A DNA stretch of 64,000 nt from Pecten maximus (taxonomy: Eukaryota). Below the pieces are notes generated by a model. It was not told where the DNA came from and did no database searches. It saw only the letters and a list, made by a program, of their open reading frames with translations. Made by a program: the position numbers and the translations under genes. Below are positions 13,687 through 26,680 of the stretch, in pieces (position 1 is the first letter of the stretch; each line of letters begins with the position of its first letter). Location of the stretch: contig NC_047031.1 of the NCBI RefSeq assembly GCF_902652985.1, positions 26,164,001 through 26,228,000 of the forward strand. Reading direction: 5' to 3'.

Positions 13687-14891
13687 ACTAACAAAGCGTA
13701 CCTGTTACCTATTGCAATTGAATTTGATTTTATGCAGTGTTGTATTCCTATTAACTCTAAATTTTATTTGAATCTAAAAGAATTAATGTTAATGATAGAA
13801 AAGATAGTTTCATTCGATTTATTTTAGAAAACATCTCGCACAATTATCTAACTAAAAATCAGATTGAAGGTTGATGTGGTTTTCGTGAAGGTCTTATTTA
13901 CACCATGTGACAGAAATGTGTCCTCAAGCAACTTTATATGGCAGATCGCACATCATGATTGGGCAATTTTCTTTTTCATTTTACATTTTAGATTTCATTT
14001 TCACAAGTCTGAGTCAGTAAATAATTTGTATTGGTAGCAAATAGAGGTACTGGTTTTCTAATTGATAATTAAAACTTACTCAAACGTCCAGAAATGTATA
14101 TTAAATTGTTTAGTTAGAAGTTTTCCTGTGTGAACTTCAAAATCTTGATGAATCACAGACAATCTTTTTTTAACAAAAATTTATTTCACCTTACAAAGTG
14201 TGTATTTTCTCACGTTACGAGAGGAATTTGTTTTTTTTATCTCTACATGCTTGATGCACATACCAGGTTCTGTACATTTAACATGATACACAATTTTAGC
14301 TCGGTGAACAGGTTTTATGATAAAGGTACAAGTCGTGGAAGAGTAATTTAAAAATAAATTTGGATTTATTGATAAAGTTTGAAGACCTGAGATGAATAAA
14401 TATGTTTCCAATTGAGACTTAAACCTGTTTTATTAACTAGAACCCGAGGAAATGTTCCCGTCTTCAAAGTAAGCAATAAATTTCCTAGCAGGGAAATGTA
14501 ACTTTATTAAAGATTTTTTTTGTTAAGGTATACAGTACTGTAGACTGGCCATCAGACCTAAGTTGTTTTTTTAGGAATTGTCAAGCTAAATTCTATTACT
14601 AGGTTATCTGCCCCTAGTTTGAAACAACTGAAGCTGAAGCTTTTACATTATAAAGGTGAGAACATAAATGGATGATAATGTTCTGTAACTCTGTCTTCCT
14701 CACTCAATGTCAATATTACTGCGGTGACATTAGACGTTTTTATGATGTCACTGTGAAGGTAACAACAGCAATGAAATTAGAGATATCACTTTTTTGATAT
14801 CATACTTTGGTTTTTGATGTTGCTGCATAAAGGCAACAAGAGTAAAAAAGATTTCATATAATTTTCTGAATGCCTCCTAATATGAACTATG

Positions 14892-16396
14892 ACTAGTTGA
14901 CTCCTGGCCCAGTAAAAGTGTCATTGACTCCTAGTTGACTTCCGGCCCAGTAAAAGTTTCATTATCTCCTAGTTCACTCCCAGCCAAGTAGAAGTGTCAT
15001 TGACTCCTAGTTGACTCGCGGCCAAGTAGAAGTGTCATTGACTCCTAGTTGACTCGCGGCCAAGTAGAAGTGTCATAGACTCCTAGTTGACTCCCAGTAG
15101 AAGTGTCATTAACTCCTAGTTGACTCCCGGCCCAGTAGAAGTGTCATTGACTCCTAGTTGACTCCCGGCCCAGTAGAAGTGTCATTGACTCCTAGTTGAC
15201 TCCCGGCCCAGTAGAAGTGTCATAGACTCCTAGTTGACTCCCAGTAGAAGTGTCATTGACTCCTAGTTCACTCCCAGCCAAGTAGAAGTATCATTATCTC
15301 CTAGTTAACTCCCGGCCAAGTAGAAGTGTCATTGACTCCTAGTTGACTCGCGGCCCAGTAAAAGTTTCATTATCTCCTAGTTGACTCGCGGCCCAGTAAA
15401 AGTTTCATTGACTCCTAGTTGACTCCCAGCCAAGAAGAAGTGTCATTGACTCCTAGTTGACTCCCAGTAGAAGTGTCATTGACTCCTAGTTGACTCGCGG
15501 CCAAGTAGAAGTGTCATTCACTCCTAGTTGACTCCCAGTAGAAGTGTCATTCACTCCTAGTTGACTCGCGGCCAAGTAGAAGTGTCATTCACTCCTAGTT
15601 GACTCCCAGTAGAAGTGTCATTGACTCCTAGTTGACTCGCGGCCAAGTAGAAGTGTCATTCACTCCTAGTTGACTCCCAGTAGAAGTGTCATTCACTCCT
15701 AGTTGACTCGCGGCCAAGTAGAAGTGTCATTGACTCCTAGTTGACTCCCAGTAGAAGTGTCATTCACTCCTAGTTGACTCGCGGCCAAGTAGAAGTGTCA
15801 TTCACTCCTAGTTGACTCCCAGTAGAAGTGTCATTGACTCCTAGTTGACTCGCGGCCAAGTAGAAGTGTCATTCACTCCTAGTTGACTCCCAGTAGAAGT
15901 GTCATTCACTCCTAGTTGACTCGCGGCCAAGTAGAAGTGTCATTGACTCCTAGTTGACTCCCAGTAGAAGTGTCATTCACTCCTAGTTGACTCGCGGCCA
16001 AGTAGAAGTGTCATTGACTCCTAGTTGACTCCAAGTAGAAGTTTCATTGACTCCTAGTTGACTCCCAGTAGAAGTGTCATTGACTCCTAGTTGACTCGTG
16101 GCCAAGTAGAAGTGTCATTGACTCCTAGTTGACTCGCGGCCCAGTAGAAGTGTCATTGACTCCTAGTTGACTCGTGGCCAAGTAGAAGTGTCATTGACTC
16201 CTAGTTAACTCGCGGCCCAGTAGAAGTGTCATTGACTCCTAGTTGACTCGTGGCCAAGTAGAAGTGTCATTGACTCCTAGTTGACTCGTGGCCAAGTAGA
16301 AGTGTCATTGACTCCTAGTTGACTCCCAGTAGTAGTGTCTGACTCCTAGTTGACTCGCGACCAAGTAGAAGTGTCATTGACTCCTAGTTGACTCGC
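14892..16396. repeat. Minisatellite, 38/33-bp units
   Basis: The units are AGTAGAAGTGTCATTGACTCCTAGTTGACTCGCGGCCA (38 bp) and AGTAGAAGTGTCATT(C/G)ACTCCTAGTTGACTCCC (33 bp), about 40 units in total. Confidence 0.97.
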
Positions 16397-17399
16397 ATTA
16401 AAAGTAAAAGTAACATCTCCCACTCAGTGGTTCACGGTGCATATGATGGCACGTAAGATGATCTACCTGTATGTTTCTCACCTCAGCATTGCACTCACCT
16501 GTGTGTGTAGAAAATGACAAGGTGATACCTGTAGAAACAGATGTTCATTTCACAGTATACAACACATTAAAAAACTGTGTCCCATGTGCTATATAACTTT
16601 GGTATCAGGTGTAAAACAGAGACAGAAAAAATATTGTCATCAAATATTTATATTTACATAGGTAACAGAACAGGTTGTACAGAACAGGTTGTACAGGACA
16701 GGGAACCTCATAGGTCAACATCCAAAAACATAAAAATATAAAAAAAATATTATTGTTTATAATTGGTGTCAGAAGAACAAACATAAATGTCATTTTGAAA
16801 CCTGTTAAATGTCACTTGTATTGGGTTTTGTCAACAAATAGAGGAAGGATATTGTTTAAAAGTGTATATATACATGTTCCCTATAATAAATAGAAATACA
16901 ACTGTCTCATGGGTGAGTGAACATCGAGTGTTAAGTGAATACTATGATGTTTAGTGAGTCATATCTGGTTCAACCAGTTTTTAAATATAAATGCATTGTA
17001 ATAAATCTAGTTTCTGATCAATCAAGTATTGCTTAAGCGAAAAAGTTTGAGAAAATAGATATTGGTTTGTTTATGTAATATTAGACTTCAAAACATATTA
17101 TTTTCATTACTGGATTTAAAAACATTGGTTTATAATCAGAATAAAAAGACATATTTATTAGTTTCATACAATGTCCATTTTTATAGCAACAAAAATAATT
17201 TCCACGCTTATTTTTTGTTTTGCATTCCCTAGAAAAAGTTTGTATTCATCAATGCTTGAAGATGTAAAATGACGACTTATAGAAAAATAGATCAAGTTAT
17301 ATTTTTAGTCCGAAGTTCTGGTTCGCCTTGATGTTTGTACATTTGTATTTTGTTTTTAATTTCACGTTGTTTGCAGCATCTGCACAGTAGCCACATGAC

Positions 17400-17770
17400 C
17401 AGGTTTCATCGCAACCAATCCTGAAACGAAAGCATACTCTAGATAAAACCAGTGATTCTGCAGGTGTCTGTCATTATTTGTTAAAAGTTCCGAATTGTCC
17501 CCACGTACATTTCACTTATTTCTAAGAATGTGCATTTCACTTTTGTTTTTTGCCATTACACATCAAAGATGGCTGCCGCAGTTGCTGATTGGTCAAAACT
17601 CAGATACGATTCAATTTTGATAAAATCGGTGCTGTAGTGTAATGAAGAATTTAGCAAAACAAAGCATTCTAAATTATATAGAAAGAATACAAACGGCTGG
17701 TTGGTCTTTTTGAAAGAAAAGCTCTTATTGGTTGATTTGTCTGAACAAGGGCTTTTCATTGGTTGGTAGT
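17400..17770. promoter_or_regulatory. Candidate promoter/enhancer: YY1-like motif plus four CCAAT boxes
   Basis: AAGATGGCTGCC lies at 17566-17577. CCAAT is at 17415, and ATTGG at 17588, 17727 and 17758. Confidence 0.4.
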
Positions 17771-17961
17771 TGAAGCATTTAGTTTATACATATTCTTGTC
17801 TGAACTTCATTTGTAATTAGAAATAAGTATGTATTTGATGATGTATATTGTTGTTGCCCTTAAAATGAAGAATCTTTTATGTCTTCCATATATATAAGTT
17901 TCATATTGTTATTTTCACAGCAAATGTTTGGTGGTGTATATATGAATGGTTACATCTTTAA

Positions 17962-18052
17962 GAGTAGAATTGGTGTATCTATATGATAAATATTGTCATA
18001 GTAGAATTGGTGTATCTAGATGATAAATATTGTCATAGTAGAATTGGTATAT
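17962..18052. repeat. 37-bp tandem repeat (~2.5 copies)
   Basis: The unit is AGTAGAATTGGTGTATCTA(T/G)ATGATAAATATTGTCAT. Confidence 0.9.
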
Positions 18053-20562
18053 CCACATGATTTCTACTGAATCTTCATTAGTATCAGGATGAAACTTGAT
18101 AGAAAATGTGAGAAGCCTTCAATTGTTTAAAGTAAAGCTATAAATTTTGTGTTTCAAAAAAAAATTCTATGTGAGAATTGTAAAAGACTGAGACTTTTAC
18201 ACAAAACAAAGCGTTGATATTATAAAGGAACGCTTCCGATAGGACATGGACGCTTTCCTTCTAAACAAAACTTTTCATATAACTACACAATGTTATATCT
18301 ATAATTCATGTTAACAGAACCCAAACAATAGTATGACATGTCTGCCTACCCGGGATAGACAATCTACATTAAACATTGATGTTTCAGCAGCTCCGTGGAA
18401 ATTTCTATAAAAGTGAGAGTTATATAGCATCGGTTGTCATGTGGAACTATGAAAAAAAAGATAAAATATTCTGTGTGTTTTGAATAGCTAATAGATTGTG
18501 TGGTAGTTATGGGGTGGTTTGTGATGTGTCTTTACCACGTGTAACAGGCTGAGGCATCAGTATACTTTATATATCCATACTAAATTTGCCGTTCACACGT
18601 GTTACTTGATCCTGTTAGAAAATCGATGTCATTTTCTCTCTAATTGAGTCATCAGACTTTGGTAAATAAGGTTCTAAAGATATTTTTCTAGATTGTCTCC
18701 AGAAAATTACATGCTTCAGTGATTATGATAATATCTCGCATTCAATATGGTGTGAACATCATTTAATCGTGAGTCGGCTGTTTGACTGTATTTGTGGGAA
18801 TATCCCTGTGTTATGTGTGTGTTGAAATTCGGATACAGGCTTATATCAATACTACGGACACGCTACGCTGATCAGCCATGAAATCTTCCAACCATGACCT
18901 ACTCGGCAGGTATAGATATCCCTATAATGGTGGTCGGTCATGTGAGACCGTACTGAGCTGACTGGATCCAATTATATTCCATTAACACAAAACATTGTAA
19001 AGATGCAGATGACTTTGAGCACCAGACCATAGAATTCAGCTTGCCGAGGAAACTTGGGAAATATGAAGGGGTGTCATACATTTTTTATAAGTTGTTTGAT
19101 TTGTGGAGTATAACAGGGTAGACGAGGACCGACTCATTTGTAGATCTAGAACGACCAAGGACGACGTGTGACAAGTATTTTGTAGTACTACTTTCTGTCG
19201 ACTAACCTCGTCACTTTCCTTGTCAATGATATACTTCCACCATCCGATTCTACGCCAAAAGTTATCATAGTACATCTATTCCGGACCACGCATATGTTTG
19301 ACTGGATTACTGATTTACAATCTGTAACAAACATTACCATCACCAAGATTCTGGATCTGTCTGAGAAGCATCCATGTGATTATTCTTGTGCAAGTATACA
19401 TAGAAATCCGTGTAGCGAGTGGTATTTATAGAATGGAGAACCTCTAAATTCAGTCGTCAGTACTTAATGAGCACATGTGTGACATTCTGTAGCAAGGATT
19501 AACAACAATTTTCAAAGACAGCTGGGAGTATACATGTTAATTTAAGATTTGTGAAAACCGTCTCGCGAAATTTGCGAGATTACGAGACATTGCCGTTACG
19601 ACTATCCTTGTTACACGATGAGCTTCTGTCCCTACGATCTAAGCACCTTGAAGGTAAGGAAAGAATGACACCGTGATGTCCTAACTACAGAACGAAGCTT
19701 AAATTCAAGGACAGAAAATGTTCTGGATATGTTAGAAGCTTGATTGTTTTTACTCGGAAATTAGGCCGTTGACGATTTTTACTGTAATGGTTTCTCATGG
19801 TAGTTTGTGTTAATTTGTTCACGGTGGCTTGTTCGCATCGTAACACGTTGGCTTTTTTCGTCATGCATGGTTGTACTAATGCCTAGTGCTGTTGGTAATG
19901 GGTCCCTGGTCCAGGAGATATTAATCCCTGATCGTTGACTAAATTATACACGTTACATCTACAAATGTGTGTTCACCATTAGTGAAGGTTTCAGTCGAAA
20001 ATATGTTAGGATTGCTAAGAATTTTATGAAACAGTGAACATATTCATTGTACCTTGGTTTTATATCTGTACATTAGCTTAATGAAGGCAGAACTATAAAT
20101 TTGACTCATTTGAAATGGTGGGTATATTGTAGAGGTTGCCAGTTAAGACAGCATTTCGTATAGAGAAGAAATATTGGGCCCCACTCCACCAAGGATGGAG
20201 TAGACCCTTTGTTCTTACTGAATCTCAAATGTCCATCTTGGAATAGCAGCCAGAATATCTAATCCTTCCCATGAGGGTTTTGGAGAGTGTTTCCCTCTCA
20301 AGAGACTGGACCCAAGAGTCTATAAGTCTGTAGGTCTCTAAGGAGCCCATCTAGCCGAGTCCCCCTCCCTAGAGGCTCTTAGCTCCAAGTATCTTCTGAG
20401 CACAAGTGATTTTAAGCTTCAATAGCCCCAAAACCCCAGGGAGGCTATGAGACCCAGCCTCTATCTTTAGAGTCTGCAAGTCCCAGTCTTGTGAGTGCTA
20501 GACTGTATCTACAGAGCCTGCAAGCCCTTGTCTGCCTTCAAAGACCCAGTTTTTCACAACTT

Positions 20563-20682
20563 GTAAGCTCCAGTGATTCTTTGAGCTCCTTCCAGTCATC
20601 TAAGAGTCCCTGTAAGCTCCAGTGATTCTTTGAGCTCCTTCCAGTCATCTAAGAGTCCCTGTAAGCTCCAGTGATTCTTTGA
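20563..20682. repeat. 49-bp tandem repeat (~2.5 copies), diverged relative of the 21-23 kb array
   Basis: The unit GTAAGCTCCAGTGATTCTTTGAGCTCCTTCCAGTCATCTAAGAGTCCCT shares its period and GATTCT.TGAGCTCCTT.CAG core with the downstream array. Confidence 0.85.
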
Positions 20683-21149
20683 CCTTGTCATTAAAGTCTG
20701 TGAGACATTCAGAAGCCTGTTATGAAGCTAACTATAAATTGGACTCTTTGAAATGTAGTAGAGTGTGCAAGATTTGGCTCATTTCAGCATCTGATCTCTG
20801 TATGACCCAGTCAAAATCACGGTGTACCAACTCCATCCAAGAGGGAACCTTCTGTAATCTTCGAACTAAAGACCATTGAGTGGACAATCAGCCTTAGAAG
20901 TATAAACCCCAGTAGAGGCTAGATCTGTTGAGCTCTTCAGAAGACTAAGACCCAGTTTAGAGCACGTTTGTGAGCTCTCCGACAGAAGCCCATCTAGGGC
21001 CCCAGATTTTGTGAGCTCTTTAAGCTCCAAGTACATCGAGTGCCACAGATTTGTGAGCTCTTTCAGAAGTAAACCCATCGGGAGGAGGCCCAGACTTTGA
21101 GTCTTTCAGACGTATAGCCCCCAAGTCCCAGTCTGTGAATCGCTTCAGA

Positions 21150-22965
21150 AAGACTAGATGCCACAGATTCTGTAAACTCCTTTCAGACAGTATAAGACCC
21201 ACTCAGAGTGCCACAGATTTTGTGAGCTCCTTTCAGACAGTAAGACCCAATCAGAGGGCCTCAGATCCTGTGAGCTCTTTCAGACAGTATAAGACCCAAT
21301 CAGAGTGCCACAGATCTTGTGAGCTCCTTTCAGACAGTAAGACCCAATCAGAGGGCCTCAGATCCTGTGAGCTCTTTCAGACAGTATAAGACCCAGTTAG
21401 AGGGCCACAGATTTTGTGAGCTCCTTTCAGACAGTAAGACCCAATCAGAGGGCCACAGATTTTGTGAGCTCCTTTCAGACAGTAAGACCCAATCAGAGTG
21501 CCACAGATTTTGTGAGCTCCTTTCAGAAAGTAAGACCCAATCAGAGGGCCACAGATTTTGTGAGCTCCTTTCAGACAGTATAAGACCCACTCAGAGTGCC
21601 ACAGATTCTGTGAACTCCTTTCAGAAAGTAAGACCCAATCAGAGTGCCACAGATTCTGTAAGCTCCTTTCAGACAGTTTAAGACCCAGTTAGAGGGCCTC
21701 AGATCCTGTGAGCTCTTTTAGACAGTATAAGACCCAGTTAGAGGGCCTCAGATCCTGTGAGCTCTTTCAGACAGTATAAGACCCACTCAGAGTGCCACAG
21801 ATTCTGTGAGCTCTTTCAGACAGTATAAGACCCAGTCTGAGTGGCACAGATTCTGTGAGCTCTTTCAGACAGTATAAGACCCACTCAGAGTGCCACAGAT
21901 TCTGTGAGCTCTTTCAGACAGAAAGACCCAATCAGAGTGCCACAGATTCTGTGAACTCCTTTCAGACAGTAAGACCCAATCAGAGTGCCACAGATTCTGT
22001 GAGCTCTTTCAGACAGAATAAGACCCACTCTTTCAGACAGTATAAGACCCAGTTTGAGTGCCACAGATTCTGTGAGCTCTTTCAGACAGTAAGACCCAAT
22101 CAGAGGGCCACAGATTTTGTGAGCTCCTTTCAGACAGTATAAGACCCAATCAGAGGGCCTCAGATCCTGTGAGCTCTTTCAGACAGTATAAGACCCACTC
22201 TTTCAGACAGTATAAGACCCAGTTTGAGTGCCACAGATTCTGTGAGCTCTTTCAGACAGTAAGACCCAATCAGAGGGCCACAGATTTTGTGAGCTCCTTT
22301 CAGACAGTATAAGACCCAATCAGAGGGCCTCAGATCCTGTGAGCTCTTTCAGACAGTATAAGACCCACTCAGAGTGCCACAGATTCTGTAAGCTCCTTTC
22401 AGACAGTATAAGACCCAGTTAGAGTGCCACAGATTCTGTGAGCTCTTTCAGACAGTATAAGACCCACTCTTTCAGACAGTATAAGACCCAGTTTGAGTGC
22501 CACAGATTCTGTGAGCTCTTTCAGACAGTATAAGACCCACTCAGAGTGCCACAGATTTTGTGAGCTCCTTTCAGACAGTAAGACCCAATCAGAGTGCCAC
22601 AGATTTTGTGAGCTCCTTTCAGACAGTATAAGACCCACTCAGAGTGCCACAGATTTTGTGAGCTCTTTCAGGCAGTATAAGACCCAGTTAGAGGGCCTCA
22701 GATCCTGTGAGCTCTTTCAGACAGTATAATACCCAGTTAGAGTGCCACAGATTCTGTGAGCTCTTTCAGGCAGTATAAGACCCAGTTAGAGGGCCTCAGA
22801 TCCTGTGAGCTCTTTCAGACAGTATAATACCCAGTTAGAGTGCCACAGGTTCTGTGAGCTCCTTTCAGACAGTATAAGACCCAGTTAGAGGGCCTCAGAT
22901 CCTGTGAGCTCTTTCAGACAGTATAAGACCCACTCAGAGTGCCACAGATTTTGTGAGCTCCTTTG
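21150..22965. repeat. Minisatellite, ~47-50-bp unit
   Basis: The unit is AGACAGTATAAGACCCA(C/A/G)T(C/T)AGAG(T/G)GCCACAGATTCTGTGAGCTC(C)TTTC. Decayed copies extend upstream. Confidence 0.97.
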
Positions 22966-23224
22966 AGAGTAGCCATGTAGACCCTGTTAATCCCAGTCTC
23001 CCATAACACTTGTTGAGGAGATGATTGACATCTATCAGACCAACGTGTTGAGGAAGCTGTGGGCCACAGATACTGGGAGGCATGTCTGGACTTCGTCATC
23101 CAGTCTGATGGCATTCACGGAATCATGGACAGTACAAATTACACATATCTTGTGATTTTCATTTAATTAATTCAGAATGTCTTCATTTAAAAAAACCATT
23201 TCCCTTGACTAGGAACAAAGGCGG

Positions 23225-24162
23225 CAGTACCAAAATCTTATCCAGTATACCAGACAATAGGGAAGGGAGTACCCAAAACCTTGTCCACTATACTAGACAA
23301 CAGGGAAGGGATTACCCAAAACCTTGTCCACTATACTAGACAACAGGGAAGGGATCACCCAAACCTTGTCCAGTATACTAGACAACAAGGAAGGGAGTAC
23401 CCAAAACATTGTCTGGTATACTAGACAACAGGGAAGGGAGTACCCAAAACCTTGTCCAGTATACTAGACAACAGGGAAGGGAGTACCCAAACCTTGTCCA
23501 GTATACTAGACAACAGGGAAGGGATTACCCAAAACCTTGTCCAGTATACTAGACAACAGGGAAGGGATTACCCAAACTGTGTCCAGTATACTAGACAACA
23601 GGGAGTACCAAAACCTTGTACAGTATACTAGACAACAGGGAAGGGAGTACCCAAACCTTGTCCAGTATACTAGACAACAGGGAGTACCCAAACCTTGTCC
23701 AGTATACTAGACAACAGGGAAGGGAGTACCCAAAAACTTGTCCAGTATACTAGACAACAGGGAAGGGAGTACCCAAAACCTTGTCTAGTATACTAGACAA
23801 CAGGGAAGGGAGTACCCAAACCGTGTCCAGTATACTAGACAACAGGGAAGGGAGTACCCAAAACCTTGTCCAGTATACTAGACAACAGGGAAGGGAGTAC
23901 CCAAACCTTGTCCAGTATACTAGACAACAGGGAAGGGATTACCCAAAACCTTGTCCAGTATACTAGACAACAGGGAAGGGAGTACCCAAAACCTTGTACA
24001 GTATACTAGACAACAGGGAAGGAAGTACCCAAAACCGTGTCCAGTATACTAGACAACAGAGAAGGGAGTACCCAAACCTTGTCCAGTATACTAGACAACA
24101 GGGAAGGGAGTACCAAAAACCTTGTCCAGTATACTAGACAACAGGGAAGGGAGTACCCAAAA
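23225..24162. repeat. Minisatellite, ~43-bp unit with near-palindromic core
   Basis: The unit is CCTTGTCCAGTATACTAGACAACAGGGAAGGGAGTACCCAAAA, about 22 copies. Confidence 0.97.
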
Positions 24163-25799
24163 AGAGTCTTAATCATTTGTAAAAAGTTGACTTACATCAT
24201 AAAATACAAGAAACTTCATCATGATACAAAATTTACAAAAGTCACACTAGTAAAACTGTTCCCACCTGAGTAGAATACCTGTACTACAGGTGTATAATAC
24301 AGGTGAGATGAACTACCATTTGTATTTGGTCTGCCAGCCATACAACATCTGGTTCAGACAAAACTTAATTTTGCCAATAACAAGTGCTAACAGATGTCAC
24401 AGTAAAATTATGATTCATGCGACCAGAAATTAAATTTAAATATAGATGTCGTGTACACACATGTAAACAGATTTTGCTACAGAATATTTAAATATTTTAG
24501 CGTGGAAGTACGGCTGGAGTAATCTCCCAATCAAGCCTGCTAAAATCATTAGAACACTTTGTTCCCCTAAGGGTACAAGATCATCATTGACTAATTACAA
24601 AAAAATAAAGTATCGCAAGACGAGCGTAATGTACAACTGAAATTGACGTTGATTATAAAATTGTTGATGCGACCTGTTTCGCCCCCATAGGGAACTATTC
24701 ATGTAAGGGTGTGACTGACTGCCGCACTACCATCATACATGGCTTTGTAGAAATTTGTAATTTAACTTCTTTAGCAACCTGCAAAGTGCAAATGTCTTGT
24801 TTCCAAATGATTTCCTATTAAATAAGTGGATTTCATAGTTACAGTGTGGAATTTGTCACAGATTTTGTGTCATATGTCATACTGTATTTATCCTGCACTA
24901 AGCCTACGGGGCAAATCAATTAACTAAGAGTTTCGTAGTAAAGGGGCGGGCTTATTGGAGGACTTTTACACAACCCATAAACTCTGTCTTATGGTAAAGG
25001 GGTGGGCTTATTGGAGGACTTTATGGTAAAGGGACAGGCCACTACTGCACTGTAGTGAATATTGCTGGATGAATACACAAAACCATGATTGCTAGTAAAG
25101 ATGGACTTCCTGTATTTCAGCTGGGTCAAATCCTTGTTACTCTTACCTGTTAAAATTGGATGACACCTAAACAGATATTTAAACAATTATTATGTTCAAT
25201 GAACTGGAGAATTCCCATCAAGGAAGGACAAAAACATTGTCAAAATAGTTTTGTTCAACAAAACAAAACAATATCATTAAAAAAATAATTGTAACAGGAG
25301 AGTCCAACAGGATATTGTACCGAAGTAAAACAGTTACGACAGAAAACTACCCAACAGATACATGTTTCCATGGCGACCATTGATGTGGAAAGTCTTTGTG
25401 TTAACCTGCGGACATGATGATGGTTGCTCATTAGGAAAGCAGTCTGTCTCGTTTCAACACATATGTAGGGACAGAAATCCATGACAAGGATGATGTGGAG
25501 ATTGTTCTGTCGTGCTTACAACAGATACCCGATATAACTTAATGGATTTGTCTGGACATTTTCTGTTTCAGAAAGTCGGTACACAATCTTCAACTGATGA
25601 TGTGAATTGTTACTACAATTACAATAAATTGAAGCTGGCACACAAATTTCTGATGGCTTACTCACATCTCATCTATATATTCAGACAGATATTTTTTTCT
25701 GAGTTTACCGAGATGCATTTGAATGTTAAATTGTTGTTGATTTTCAATAGTATGAGTTAGGAAGTAATGGCATAAGAAAAAATAAAATTCCAAAACATA

Positions 25800-26680
25800 A
25801 ATGTCATAGTTAGGTTGCAAACATCCTTAGGTCTCTGTGTCACAGTAAAGTAGAATAAACCATTAAGTCACCATGTCACAGTTAGGTAGCATACATCCTT
25901 AAGTCTCCATGTCACAGTTAGGTAGCATACATCCTTAAGTCTCCATGTTACAGTAAGGTAGCATAAACCCATTAAGTCACCATGTCACAGTAAGGTAGCA
26001 TACATCCTTAAGTCTCCATGTTACAGTAAGGTAGCATACATCCTTAAGTCTCCATGTTACAGTAGCATAAACCCATTAAGTCACCATGTCACAGTTAGGT
26101 AGCATACATCCTTAAGTCTCCATGTTACAGTAAGGTAGCATACATCCTTAAGTCTCCTTGTCAGAGTAAGGTAGCATACATCTTTAAGTCTCCATGTCAG
26201 AGTAAGGTAGCATACATCCTTAAGTCTCCATGTCACAGTAAGGTAGCATACATCCTTAAGTCTCCATGTTACATATTAAGGTAATATATAGCCTTTAGTT
26301 ACCGATGTCACACAGAAAGGTAACATACACCCTTAAGTCTCCATGTCACACAGTAAGGCAACATACACCCTTAAGTCTCCATGTCACAGTAAGGTAGCAT
26401 ACATCCTTAAGTCTCCATGTTACATATTAAGGTAATATATAGCCTTTAGTTACCGATGTCACACAGAAAGGTAACATACACCCTTAAGTCTCCATGTCAC
26501 ACAGTAAGGCAACATACACCCTTAAGTCTCCATGTCACAGTAAGGTAGCATACATCCTTAAGTCTCCATGTTACATATTAAGGTAATATATAGCCTTTAG
26601 TTACCGATGTCACACAGTAAGGTAACATACACTCTTAAGTCTCCATGTCACTGTAAGGTAACATACACCTTAAGTCTCAA
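25800..26680. repeat. Minisatellite, 36-39-bp unit with 151-bp higher-order repeat
   Basis: The unit is GTCACAGTAAGGTAGCATACATCCTTAAGTCTCCAT. The variant ACATATTAAG recurs at 26271, 26422 and 26573. Confidence 0.95.

Noticed and set aside
16490-16545. Minus-strand 30-nt microexon or AG|GTGAGT site
   Set aside because: The pyrimidine tracts are weak, it is on the opposite strand to the strong sites, and it sits beside repeat-like sequence.
21020-24273. ORFs with repeating peptides (e.g. CHRFCELL, SSILDNREG)
   Set aside because: They are translations of the 49-bp and 43-bp tandem arrays.
25138-25165. Minus-strand AG|GTAAGA, and + strand CCCAG|GTACGT near 61121, as further recursive sites
   Set aside because: Both lack an extended polypyrimidine tract and a branchpoint.
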